This document shows positions 23,714 to 36,752 of a stretch of DNA of 64,000 nt, in pieces; within the stretch, counting starts at the first letter, position 1; each line of letters opens with the position of its first letter. The stretch spans positions 376,712 to 440,711 of the forward strand of contig DF236962.1 of the NCBI GenBank assembly GCA_000708835.1, written 5' to 3'. This DNA is from Klebsormidium nitens. Taxonomy: Eukaryota > Plantae > Klebsormidiophyceae. The translations under genes and the position numbers were made by a program. Under the pieces are notes generated by a model. The model saw only the letters and a list, made by a program, of their open reading frames with translations. It did no database searches and was not told the origin of the DNA.

Positions 23714-25019
23714 CTTATGTCCAAGCTGGCTGTGACATATTGTCTTTAAGACTCGGCTTGACTGCGTTTGCTCTGCACTCTCAAGAGTACAATTCCGTAA
23801 GCCATCCTTAGTAGCCACTATAACGGCTCTCTCCCACGGTCACAGAGTTCTCGCTGCAGTCCGGATAACTTCATACTCGGTCGATGGTGCATTGATCCTT
23901 AGCCGTGGCTAGAGTTCGCTTGCGAATTTGTGCACCGGCCGGGCGGCCAGCAAGCCCTATGTTTGTTAAATGCTGACATAAACGGACGGAGGTTCGACAC
24001 TTCTATAGTCCATTAATCAGCTTTGCGCGTCCTCATGCAGGTCAGATCCAGCATGAATACGTGCAGGTCGACTGTGTTCGCCCTCTTTTCCTTCTCGCAA
24101 GTGAGCGCTGAAATGTTTTGCGGGTTCACCTTGTGTCGCACTCGACCATGTACGTAAGAGCCAAAGTCTGGATTGTATAGGTTAGAGATCGTCAAGCTCT
24201 CGTGCGATGTTTAACCATATCGTCCCGGCCGTACTTTCTCTATCAAAGACGTACATGGACCATGTCGAACACTAAAGGATTTAGTAGACTCTTTCAGCAG
24301 TCCGACAGAAAGCATGCTGCTTCGGAGCCGGCGGGCCGGAACCCTTCGCTACCGTCGATTGATAGAGGGAGCCCCCAACTTCAAACCCTCTGAATCGTCC
24401 GATTGCTATCGCATCAATGGCTCCCCGGCAACCGCAGATGCCGACCCTAAACTTCGTTGGCGACGTGTTCGGGCATTTCGCCTGAGTGCGTCGCCCATCA
24501 AAGCAACTTTCTCATTGACCACTGTAGAGCTTTTCGGTCCACAAACTTCTTTTTGTGTCCAAAACTTGATCCACTCCAAGTCGTGAGTTGGCATCAGTCA
24601 AAGATTTTCAGCCGCTTTTGACTCGTGATCAGCTGAAAAGGTCACATTGAATGAGGGCCGTGCATAATGCATGGTGGCGGAAAGTGGATTTTCAGCTAGT
24701 TCGTAGTCAAGGTTGAGAATATCGTATAAGTTATGTAGCTATACAACTTTAATTCAGCAAAAGTCGCCCAGGCCCAGGGCCACAACTTACTAATACAACC
24801 CAGGGCCAGGGCCATTGAGTAGCAAGGATCAGTCTTCCAGCTAATGTACTGCTTGCAGCCACAAAGTAGATACCCTTCTATGAGCAAAAATTCACAAGAT
24901 CCACAAGGTGGTGTGATTGCTTGAAAAGACCTCTTCCACGCCAATCATCACCCTTCTTCCCCTAAAACACGTTCCAAGCAGGCATCAGTCGATACCTGCT
25001 ACCACCTCTTGCACAAGCT

Positions 25020-28000
25020 ATGGCTCCCAGAGCTGCTGAGCTGTTCTCACTCAAGGGCAAGACTGCCTTTGTGACGGGCGCCTCTCAGGGGCTTGGCCGC
25101 AGGTTTGCAATCTGGCTGGCAGCCGAGGGGGCCAACGTTGTGCTGGCGGCGCGCAATGTGGCCAACCTTGAACAAGTCGCTGCGGAGATTGAGACCGAGG
25201 GGGGCTCCGCCAAAGTGGTGAGAAAGGGGTTCCCTTGCGATCCAGATGCTGTCCCTTCCAGCATTCTTCAAATGGATACAGATCTGAGGAAACGTGTCAC
25301 AGTGGTGCAAATCCACTTTTTTGAAGTCCTACACATTGATACCATTGGTTTGTTTGGTCATGCTCATTGCATTGTTTGACTCATTCTGATCCCATTGCTC
25401 GCGAATACGATTTTGCATGATCTATCATTTAGCCCATGCAATGGTGAATCAGTTCCTCTGCATTGTACGCTAGCTTTCCGCATGTTGGCGGACCCATTTG
25501 CCACCAGGCTTCTTTGAACTGAGCGAAGGAGAGCTCCCTTCATTCTGCTTGAACCAGGAGGTTTCAATACTTAGCTCATTGCCGCTCAACTGTATGACAG
25601 CCCTTCAGCACAACTAAGAGATGCTTTCAAGGAACTTTGAGCTGGCAAGCCTATCATAGAGGGGCCAGATTTGTCAAGAAGGTGCTTCTTGCAGAGCATC
25701 AATGTATCCTCTTCACGATGCATGCGATATGAGTCTCAGAACCATTTGAACCCTGACAGAACCAGTGGAAGGAGAACGTGGGCTCCAGTTTCTATCCTCG
25801 ACCCCCACACTGGTTGGTATCCCTATGCGCGAGCAGCTGGAGGCTAGGCCGCCGCGGCACTTGCCATGAGTCGTGACTCACACGTAGCCGATGGTAACGT
25901 CGTAACCTTGTTTACCTGCTCTCGACCGGCCGATTGAATCCAAACCGAGGGCTCAAATAGAAGGTACATGGACATAGTTCCGCGTCCCCGGGCATGCGAC
26001 CAAGAGACCGGGTGAGGATGATTGTAACCAGTCATCTCATACCAAGCAGTGTGGGGGTCCAGAACGAAAACTGGAGTCCACGTTCTCCTTCCATGGGTTC
26101 TGACAGCAAAAGGGAGAGGCCTGGTCTATTGTAGCTCATCAGCGCGTAAATCACGGGTACTTATCAGGGCTCTCATTGCTTCAATGACTGGGAATCTTAC
26201 TCTGTTGAGCCTGCCATTTGACAGAACATTACTGCCGCTAAACGGAAAGACAATAATCAGGGATTCTGTCAACTGATATCAGTTTTCTGCAGGTTAGATT
26301 CATTATTTTAAATGAAAAAAGTTGAGAGCCCATCTGCAGTCTTTCCAACCACTGAGATTGCTGTATAGATCTTGCAATGAAGGGAAGGGATCACAAACTT
26401 GATGCAAATTCTAGCAAGAGCTATCAAACTGTCTTTTTCTGTACTACTACGACCAGGAATGAGATGCTAGGGACCTGACCATTTCTGAACGGTTGAAGCG
26501 CTTGCCACCAGTCTGGACAGATGTCCGGTTGCAACGCCTTCATCAAGCGTCGCGAAATCCAGTTTTGCCGCCCTCAGATATCTCTTAAAGTAATCTTGCT
26601 GTCAAAAGAGTACCTCGAGGGGTATTCCGATATCGCGATCAATCAAAAAGGTCTAGATTGGACGTTTGCTCCGCAGCAACATCTGCCATTTATGATCGAA
26701 GAAACCCCACCTGCTCAGATGGGCATCCACTTTGAGACTCTCAATTCTCTTAGTTTTCCTGAATGCAACACCCGTCTCCTTGATCCGATCATCGACGAGG
26801 AGCTCTCACTCGCTACTTGAAATTGCTTCAAAGTAGATGTTGTACAAGACTTCCATCGGGTCTCTTGTTTTCATTTGCCCGCTGATCCTTCCAAGCTGAC
26901 GGTCAGACGTTCAGGTGCGTCACGCGCAGAGATTGTGTCTATTCATCAGTTAATCGCCTCACATTCTAACTCCCTTATCAAAACATCTTACGTACGGTAG
27001 TTCTTCTCTTGCCGCTGGACCTCTATAACCCTCTAGCTAATGGAGGGTAAAGCTCCTCCTTGCTTACAACAATCTCACCATCTTATACTCGAATCAAGCT
27101 CGTCAGCTTACAACATGCTTGAAGAATGGAAGAAGAGAAGAGAAAACGAAAGAAATGGCTTGAGAAATAGATTTAACGCAGACCTGAAGAAGACGAATTG
27201 TTTGAAAAGTGGGCTTGCCTTTTGTGCGCAGGTTCTCCTCAATCTCGTCGAAGACGAGCAGAGTCTTTCGCCGTTCAAACATTCCCTTCTGACCTTTGAT
27301 ACTATCCACAGATGAGCACCCGACTCGGTTACCTTAACCCGCTTTTTGCTCCCCGCAGGTTCCACTCGACCAAAGACGACAGCACGCTCTCTGCGGTTGA
27401 GACAGCCTGGAACGCCTTTGAGGGCGGGGTCGATATCGTGGTTAACAACTCGGGCATCGGCAATCTCGGGCCGTGTCTCGACTTGACCACTGAGGCGTTT
27501 GACGAGGTTATGAACATTAATCTGCGCGGCGCGTTTGTGGTTAGCCGCGAATTCGCGAAGCGGATGGTCGCGGCCGGCAAGCGCGGCTCGATCATTAACG
27601 TGTCGTCCGCAGCCGGGGACGGGGCGCTGATGTGGGGAGTGCCGTACTGCGCCTCGAAGGTACTTTCAGAACTTCACAACGTTTGTGTTTTGAGGTTCTG
27701 AGATATGGTTATTCCGAGGTGTTAAGATTTTGGTTGTTCCTCGAATATAGTGTTTGGGTCGATCACTAATGTGTTGTCGGCAGCCGGGGACGGGTCGCTG
27801 ATGTGGGGAGTGCCGTTTTGCGCCTCGAAGGTACCTTCAGGATTTTCAATCGAATGCTTGAGAGTCGGGGTCTTGGAAGATAGTCAGTAGGTGTCAAGAC
27901 TCAAGTCTAAGCATCTGAACGGTCACTGGATAGGTTGTTCCTGAGTGGCCGAGCAGCGGGATGGGCCGCTGATGTGGGGAGTGCCGTACTAGCTGCGCCC

Positions 28001-30537
28001 TGGTTGCGCCTCCAAGGTACTCCCATATTCTCAAATGGTTGAATTCCGGGGTTCTGAGGTATTCCAAAGTCTCTGACGTCGAACCTCCGGGACTCGAGGA
28101 GGAGATATGGTTGTTGAATCCCTTGAACTCCTTGACCTCCTTGAACTCCTTGACCAAGAATTTTTGGCGTCAATCGCCAGAGTCTGGTCCAGACCGGAAA
28201 GCAGCCCTGATGTGGAGTGTCCTGCTCTTCCTCGTTTAATCTTCATTCAAAGCTTCCCCAAGTTCCAGGGCGTCCAATGCAATTGATGGGCTCGGTGCAT
28301 AGATGATCGGCATTAAGGAGGATACATAAAACATAAAGGTCAGCGCTTGCTCGTGGACCGATTGTTACGTGCAGGAACAAGAGCGCTAATGTTGTAAGTC
28401 CCCTACGGTGCTTCTTGCTTCAATGACTCACGGCCAAATGCAAGGTTCTGCTTCTTCCATGTAAAACATCGGTTCTGCGGTTCAGGCAGAAAACTTGCTT
28501 TCAACCACTAAAATCAACTCAACGTTCTGACACTCAAAGCTTTAGACGTTGACTTTCTACCTCGAACGATGAAGTCACGTTGTCTCCCAGCTGAAGACAA
28601 GCTCGACGAACGATCAGGGAAGCTTGAACCGTTCTTGAGCCCCAGCAGCCGTCTATTCCAAGTTGGCTGCAGCGCTGATGTTCTTGAAGCGTACCTCAGC
28701 TTCTTCGTTACTCCGTTCCTGGGCTGCCAAGACTTCGATGATATCAATTGGCCCTAGCATAGAAGTTCTCTTACTACGTCTGACGGACTCAAGTCGCTCA
28801 ATCTGGGCCGTCCGTACGCAATCGTGCGGTGGGGCTTCCTCTCTAAGGGTTGACAGTACCGGCGGAGGTCGCCTACTTTCTCTGTAATGACCAGAGAAAG
28901 AAACTTGGCGTCGGAGAGCCTTCTCCTTTTAGGGGGAAGTGCGACGTTCTTCCCGACTTGATGACGGGGCTAAGCCACCAGGCAAACGGCTCCCCCCGCT
29001 TGTTCTACAACGACCCGCCTCTTGGTCATCAACTTCAATCCGTTTCTCTTTACCTTCAATGTCTTCTTAATTTTCTGCAACTTTTCTGTGGTACATTATC
29101 TTGAAAAAGTCATTCACTGTTTGGCAGGCTGCCATGAACCACATGACCCGGACGATGGCCCGGGAGCTCGGCCCGAAGGGCATCCGCGTGAATGCGCTGG
29201 CGCCCGGTTACATCATCACGGACATCAACGCCACGCTGCTCAACTCTCCGATGGGCGAACACATGGCGTCGACTATCCCCCTACGGAAGTAGGGAGCTTC
29301 AGGCCTTTTCTTTTCTTCCGTGGATGAAAACAGCGCTTTTTGAGCACCTGCCGGTTGTAGATAAAGGGGAAGCTTGAAGTTACGTCAAGTTAGTTCTTGG
29401 AAGAAGCGGTGCAGGCTTGACTAGCTTTATCGTCTAACTTCTGGGCAACCGAGAGTTTTTGGGATCCGGCAGCTTGCTTGAAAAGCGCTGTGCTACGAGT
29501 TAGAGCTTGTCGTGATAGGCTATTTATCTCTGAGAAGGAGGTTTGAAAAGCGTGCGCTCATTGCTTGAAAGTCGACATCGTTCCTTGTCTTTTTTGGGAG
29601 CTACTGTCCACGCAACAAGCGTTTATTCCGAAACCCCTTCTGCTCTGGAACAAGACCTTCGAGACAGCGCTGCAAGAGCTCCAAAGCGCGCCAGCGAACC
29701 TGATCTGGAAACCGGATCGTGATGGATGGAATTCCTTTCCTTCATTTCAGTCCTTATACAGCAACTTGGCACACGCGCGAGACACCGAAAGCAGTTTCCA
29801 CACATCAGGACTTTGCATAGCATGATCCGCTTTCGTATGAGACCTCAACAACCAAGGAGAAAAATAATACTGGGAAAAGCATTTTCCTTGTCAGCGCAAG
29901 TGATTTCGACTAGTTTTGAGATGAGTAATACTCTCTTGAATGCTGTCGACAAAGCCCCAAATCGATTTGGCGTTGGCTGATGTATGCGCTTCAGAGGTAA
30001 CGGCTGACGTATGTGCATCACAAGAATCGGTTGACGTGTGCGCTTCACGAGTTTCTTCGGATTTGGCGACCTTATAGAAGGACCTGCAGGACGCGCTCCT
30101 CTTCTAACTTCTGCTGGAAAAAGCCCCAGGTGAAGATGGCTGACGTAAGCGCTCCTCCGCTGAGTTCTGCTCCAAAAAGCCCCGGGTAAAGATGGCTGTC
30201 GTAAGCGCTTACCTCATCTTTCAGGTTTGGCGACATCGAGAAGGACGTGCACGGCGCGCTCCTCTGCCGATGTCTGCCGCAAAAGCCCCTGTGAAATTGA
30301 TCAACGTAAGCGCCCCTCTGCCGAGATCTGCCGGAAAACTCCTAAATAAAGATGGCCGACGTAAGCGCTTACCTCATCTTTAGGTTTGGCGACATCGAGA
30401 AGGACCTGCACGGCGCGCTCCTGCTGCTCGCGAGCGACGCGGGCGCGTACATGACGGGCTCCGTCGTGGTCGTGGATGGGGGCGTCGTCAGCGGAACGGT
30501 GACGTCAATCGACCCCGACTGGAAGGACCCCATTTGA
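25020..30537 (+). CDS. Classical short-chain dehydrogenase/reductase (SDR); apparent frame problem at the start of exon 2
   Basis: Exons 25020-25217, 27359 (or 27312)-27659, 29128-29288, 30384-30537. TGASQGLG cofactor motif, VVNNSG, NVSS, catalytic YCASK, GIRVNALAPG, YMTGSVVVVDGG. Confidence 0.85.
27590..28230 (+). repeat. Degenerate tandem copies of the SDR exon-2 3' end plus donor
   Basis: gccggggacggg.cgctgatgtggggagtgccgt..tgcgcctcgaag|gtac recurs with donors at 27660 (real), 27831 and 28017, plus a remnant near 28195-28225. Confidence 0.9.
30040..30425 (+). repeat. Degenerate tandem copies (~160 nt) of the SDR exon-4 acceptor plus exon start
   Basis: gtaagcgcttacctcatcttt(c)ag|gtttggcgacatcgagaaggac.tgcacggcgcgctcct at 30384 (real), 30225 and ~30061, with ~55-nt internal subrepeats. 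Confidence 0.9.
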
Positions 30538-31692
30538 ACAGGCAGCCAAATCGTGGCTTCCACTGGATTGAGCACGTTGCTGCAGGTTCAATTGTCCTCA
30601 TTAGTGACGACAGAAAGTTGTCGTAACTTATCGGGGAAGGATAGTCGATCATTGAGCCCATTTAGTGGTCATTGTATCATCGTCGTGCATTACGTCCATT
30701 CCTTGACAAAAGCCGGCACTCGCTGCTTACGCCAAGAGTAGCACGCTCATGCAGCTGATACAGCTAGCGGTAGATGCAAGCGAGGCTCGCGCGGGCAATA
30801 AAGGTCAAACATAGGCACACTTACCCGTTGAAAGCTGTACGAAAAGGGGAATTGAGAGTACCGTCCCGCGACAGTTCCCGATTGTTTGTTTCAGCCTCAC
30901 ACATGCGAAGTAGCCAACGTAGAGCACCACCGTATCTGGGTTTTCTTTGTTTTTGGCTTTCAGATGCGGAAAAGTTGCGATGTATAGGCCCGCGGGGACC
31001 GCAATCATGCGTGAGCTGTCACGGTTCAACCAGCTTAAGATAGAGCACTTACCTATAGCGGCCATGCAATATTGTTATTGTTAATGATCAGCAGCTGCAT
31101 ACTAGCTGTTATGGATTTGAAGCATATAGGCATATTGAGTTGCGCCCTTTCAATGTTAGTACATGGTCGAATGGACAATGATATGCCATCCCCTATACAT
31201 TCAATGAATTTTAGTGAGCCCGCATATATGCGTCGCTTAACACAATCGGGTGCTAGCATCATACATATCAAGGCAAGCTTATGGAACACCGGCGCGCGGC
31301 CCTGGTCGATCTTAAACTTAGATTGATATCAATAGAATTTGCCACGGACTCCGGGAATCATTATGCCACTGTAGAGTGGTGCATGGCCGCCTCAGCTAGC
31401 ATACGTCATGAACGGAGCAACCGACTAATTACGCACCATTTATCACGAAGGGCACGAATCACCGAACGTGTCGGTTTCACGGGCGGCCAGCCAACGCCGT
31501 GACGTTAAATCAGCGCCGCGGCCATGGAGATTTGAGGTAAAACAATTAAGGCACGTGCAGATGAAAACGATATTGCATGGTGAACGAAGTCGCAGCGCCG
31601 GCAATATGTAGATGAGTAATTTCAGAGCTGAATCGGAAGTCCAGTCGTTGAAGAAGCTTCAACGTATCGACATTCTACGAAAAAGCGGCTTC

Positions 31693-34600
31693 TCAGCGTC
31701 TTCGGCCAGTCACGCATGCCCAACCATCTTCTGTCGTGACCTGTATATCCTCCAAGTACTCTTCATAAGTCCTCACAACCCGGGGGACTTGTTCCTCCAG
31801 CACTCCTGATAAACCAACCACCGCTCCTGGTTTAGCGTAGCCTGTAATCGTTTTCGCCAACGCAACCAACGGGTTTAGCAGGATGTTCGCAACGACAATG
31901 TCGAAGGCTCCCACGCCCCCCTTCGCTTCGTCCGAGTCTCTGACGACTGAGATGTTTTCCGGGAGCGGGTTGCCGGCGCTTTCTCGATCTGCTAGGTAGA
32001 CGCGGAGGGTTTCCGGCTTCAGGCCGTTCCGCTCGGCGTTGTGGCGCGACGCGGTGATGGACAGCGGATCGATGTCGACACCGACGGCCTGCGCTGCTCC
32101 CAACTGCGTGACGGGATCGCCGGTCCTTACAGCCCTTTGTTGACGGCTTTGTCAAATTTCTTTCGAAATGTAGGTGACGCACCCGCAAAACGAGAGCGTA
32201 ATCCGAGGCTTGCGTATACATCGGTGTTGGGAAGCAACGCTCAGCCATCGCCGGTGGAAAGGATAATCGTTTTGTGCTAAGTTCTACAATTGGTACAACT
32301 TAGGAAGGCCCGAACGGTCAAGGCTTTAACTTGGAGCTGGAAAACCTCTCGAAACGGCTTGAACCAGATTAATGTCGACCAAAAGAACGGCACAATCCGA
32401 CGCGAACACGTTTGCTATAAAGAAAGAAAAGCACAAAGAAAGCACAAAGAAAAGCGGATGAAGCGACGACTTAACGAATGTCCTTTACGTATCCGAAGCT
32501 TAGCATTTGCGATATGCGATATTCGAGATTTCGTTTGCCTTGAAAGAGGTTGCTGGCAAACAAAAGATTCAAGGTAAAAAGTCCTGCTCAACTGCAAAAG
32601 TTCGTCCCAAGTGACACGCTCTTTGGAAATGCTCACTTTTCCGGTTTCCGAAAGATCTCAGCAGACCAAACAAAGTTTGGATCACCGACCTCGCTCTTCT
32701 GACCGTCAGAATGACAAGGAATCGGCGACAAACTACTGAATTCTGCTCACAAGAATACCAGCCACGCTCAACTAAACGGAAAACTACTCAAGATGACGTC
32801 ACTCTGCTGCGCTTTCGACGCCGACGTACCTTGACCGCCGCGATCGCCAAGATGCCCGACCCGATCCCGTAGTCCATAACGCGCTCCCCGCCCTTAACCA
32901 CGCTCCTAATCCACGCCAGGCACAGCCGCGTCGTTGGGTGATCCCCCGTTCCGAAGGCCACCCCGGGCTCGAGAAAGACGTTGATGGCGCCCGGGTCGAT
33001 AGGCTCACACCAGGACGGTATGACCCACAGCCCCCGGGAGATCTCTACCGGTTGGTAGGAGGCCTGGGGTAAAATTTGGTCTTTTTAGGGATATTGAAGG
33101 TTTTAGCATTCTCCAGAAACTAGGGGACTCCAGACTCATAGGGTCTTTCAGGTCTCATACCGGTTGGAATGACCCACAGCCCCCGGGAGACCTTTACCGG
33201 TTGATATCGACGCCTGGAGAAGAATTTAAGGGTTTCAGCTGTTTTACGAAGGTTGTAGGATACTTCTAAGCTTCATACGAGGCCCGGAGTAGGGGTTTTC
33301 GAGGTTCTAAGGTTGCATAAAAGGGTATTAGGAGTGTTTTCGAGCCTTACATCGGTTGATATGAGACCCTGAAGTAGGGGTTTTACATTTTAGGGGTTTC
33401 TCGAAAAAGGGTTTTCGGGTTCTCTCAGGGCTCACACCGGTTGGTATGAGGCCTGGGGTGAAGTCGATGAACTGGTCAGTCGGTTGGCGAGCATCGAAGC
33501 TCTAGGGCAAGCAGCCTGGGCAAGTTGGTCTATAGATCGAGCAACTTGTCAACCTGGAGTTGGTTGGTCGGACTTCCAAAGTTGGCGGCGCTGATCATTT
33601 TGAATCTCTCAGAAGCTTCTAACCGCGATGTAGTTTCACGTTTTCAGAATGATCACGTCCACAGTAAAGCCCTGACCTGGTTGCAGATGTATGTCTACTA
33701 CAAGACGTCTGACTTTTTGGCCAGGAACAACCGGCCGGGTTGCAGTAGAAGGGTCTTTAAAAGATCGCAGTACGGTTTACTACTTTCAAATACAATTAGG
33801 CGTGCATGACGTCACGCTGACAAGTTCATAGGATTTGGAAGCGGTCCGTCCGCCACCACGGTGGCGTTGACCGTCGAGCTCCCATGTGCAAATCTGAACC
33901 GTTCAATCGACCAGTGCCAACAATCATACGGGTCAGATTACGGCGGGATCAAAGATTTGAGGCCAAATCACAAAGACGATTACATACGACTTGGATGTCA
34001 TTGGAGCACCCCCCTCTTACCTTGATTGTTTCCACCCAGTCCTGGTCTTTCGTCATGCTGACGTCATACTGCGGCGGGCCTGGGAGCCCGAGTATCTCTG
34101 CGGCTTCTTCAAGGGCCTCCTTGATGCTGACGTCGGCAGGAAAGAGGGCGGTCACGGCGCTCTGCTCGGGAAAAAAAGCTATTGATTGGGAACAATCAGT
34201 GAATTGCATACAGGTCAAAGGCAAGTTTAAGCAGAACCCAGTCTCTGCAACGAGATGGAAACGTAGGGGAGTTTGAGACGAGGGGCAATGGAGGCAAGGA
34301 AAAGAACGGAAAGAACAACTAGGAGGATGTTCGCAGTCGTATCCGAAGGTCCACCCAAAACGGAAGAAAAGGACAGAGATTGTTGCCGGCGAAGGTCTCC
34401 GATGTTGTCTTTTATACTTGGTATCGAGGATAGAAAGAACTTCCGAGCTCGACTTACTCCCACAATCTAATATCAGAGACTGGGGACCCAAGTAAAGCGT
34501 GGACAATAAAACACGAAACCAAGAGGAGCAAAGATCGACGGAAGAGATGACATATCCACCAGATTATCGCAGTGTTGGTCAAGTGGATATGTGCAACCGT

Positions 34601-36752
34601 AATAGATGCAATTTTGAGGTGAGTCCAAGTGAAGCAACGTTCTCAGAACAGACATTCCTCGAGGACAAGTGATGCCACAAACCACGATTGGATAGAAGAA
34701 GCAAAAAGGCTAAAACAGAAAAGCATCGAGTCCGATGTAGAGATTTGACCTAGCGACCGATTGGAAAAGCATGACAAAGAGGCTTACCTTTTCCCATAGC
34801 CTCATGTCTGCAGGGGATCCCCAAGGCTCCGGCCCCGAGTAGATCTGCATGAATAGGGGCCGCCGGTCAGCATTTGACAGGTGGCGCTTAACAGCTCACC
34901 GCAACCAGAAACTAGTCAAACGAGTTCTTGCACCGTGCTTTGATCAGCCAACCGACCTGTTGTGCTTCGCAAGAAGACGAGGTAGACCAAAATCTGTTTG
35001 TTTGATGAGCCAAGGGCTCGGGTGGCGGCTCAACTGTGGTTCACAGCACCTCTGATTGAGGCCGCTGAGTACACAGGTTCCTTGGCAATTCAAAAACGAT
35101 AAAACGGCAATCGGGGGGCAAGCGCCCCCTGCTTGAGGAACAAAGTCCATGCACGCGGAGAGAATTTCACCGAAGGAGACGGCCACCACGCTTATCCTGA
35201 ATATTTTTTGAATATTTTTGAATATTGTTTGAAACAAGCTGCGCTTGTCAATTTGAGTGCAAAGGGTACGTGTAGCAAGGTCCGGAGGTGGACATTAAGC
35301 TGGTTACTGGTGGCCAACCATAAGAGCCAGTTTCTTCGCAGGAGTCTGCGGCTTTCAAGCTGGTGCACATCTCGAATCTATGTCATCTCTCGGCACCAAT
35401 TCCTAACAGGCTAAAGGGATGAAGGAAACGGTTTCCGAAGCTGACCATGACAGATGAAAAGTGCATTACTTGCCTAGACACGGTTGTCAGCCTGGCTCGC
35501 AAACATAGCATACCAAAAAAAATGGTCACTCTGAACAGGAACCACACCTCGTCACTTTACTTTCACCTCACTACTTGATGACGGCTAATGTGCCTCTGCC
35601 TGATGTCAACCAAATAGCTTTAAAGCAATCATTATTACAACTAGGTGCGGCTGACTCACCTCCTCCTCCCCTTCCTGGTCCAGGTTGGCATCTTCAATGC
35701 TGCAGGAAGCAGCCCCGCAGCCAAGCAGGGCATCGCAGAGCGCGTCCTGGATGGACATACAAAAAGGAGGATGTCAAATTGCACGGTGAGATGGATGAAA
35801 GACCATAGCTTCAATCAAGCTATCTATCAATCACATGTGATGAAACAAAGGGCCAGAAAAGGAAAAGTGGGGGGCTTGAGGCAACGGCAGCCCCCCCGTT
35901 TTAAAGGTTCAAAGGGGGCTGGAAGTATGTACTGGGCACAATTCATGCAGATTAGAGTAATCTGAGGCGAGTATAATAGCCACCGCTAACCAAGCCTTGC
36001 CATCCTGCACAGCATCTGTTTCCTTTCTAAAGCTTACGTTGAGGGCAGAAGACCTTTAAATGGAGACTTTGAATTTATCCACTTTGACAAACTGTGCAGA
36101 TGAGCAAGCGAATTGGACTCAAGCTGACTGGCATTAAGATGGTGTCAGAGTCTGGGTAGAGGTGAACCTGAAACTGCAACCTGCATCTTGCCCCCCCCAG
36201 CGACGGCAATGCAGCGTAACCTGGTCGTTCATTGAAAAGAGGATCAAAGCTGTTCAAAGGAGAGACCTAAAGAGGCTACCTACATTGGAAGTTTTAGTTT
36301 TGATAAGAGGGTGGTGCAGGTTCAGCAAGAATGTTGGTGATAGCGCAACTTACAGCATTGTCTCCTTCGACGTAGATCTTTGCAGCTTGCATTGATCCTC
36401 CCAGCGCCTCTGCATCATACTGACTGTCATGACTTTTGCTGCTCGCATCATACAACGGAGCTTCTCTCTTGCTTGACCCGTTTCCAGAAGCTGTGCAGGG
36501 TGTGTCTGTCTGTATAGAGGCAAGGCGAAAAACATGACCCGTCTGAAATTGACGATTGTGAAGGAGTGTTCCGGAAAAGCCGATTGCTGTCCAGCTCGGA
36601 AAGAAGCTCTTCCAAGTGTGCAGTGGTGGAATATTTACTGCCAACTTCTTCAGCATATTTCTGGGTGGGGAAATGCAGGCTGCATTCCACCTGCATAACT
36701 TCTTCACAACACTGACAGTATCCATTGCTCTGAAAAGACTGTTCACCAGCAT
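31693..36752 (-). CDS. prmA: Ribosomal protein L11 methyltransferase-like (PrmA), probably organelle-targeted
   Basis: Minus-strand exons 36354-36656/36752, 35660-35746, 34788-34844, 34021-34161, 32830-33063, 31693-32103, all phase 0. Motifs DQDWVETIK, LEPGVAFGTGDHPTTRLCL, VMDYGIGSGILAIAA, GVDIDPLS, DIVVANIL, GLSGVL. Start codon uncertain (36752, 36725 or 36656). Confidence 0.92.
33064..33470 (-). repeat. Degenerate tandem copies of the PrmA exon-5 acceptor plus exon start
   Basis: On the minus strand, cag|GCCTC.TACCAACCGGT recurs starting at 33063 (real), 33213, ~33283, 33368 and 33452. Confidence 0.8.

Noticed and set aside
33083-33395. TTTTAGGG telomere-like motifs at 33083 and 33388 and AGGGTTTT variants
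   Set aside because: Non-tandem and part of the duplicated acceptor-side intron sequence (CCCTAAAA on the sense strand); not an interstitial telomere.
10579-33470. CRISPR-like or prokaryotic repeat arrays
   Set aside because: Units are decayed copies of adjacent exon ends with homologous spacers, in a spliceosomal-intron context with no cas genes.
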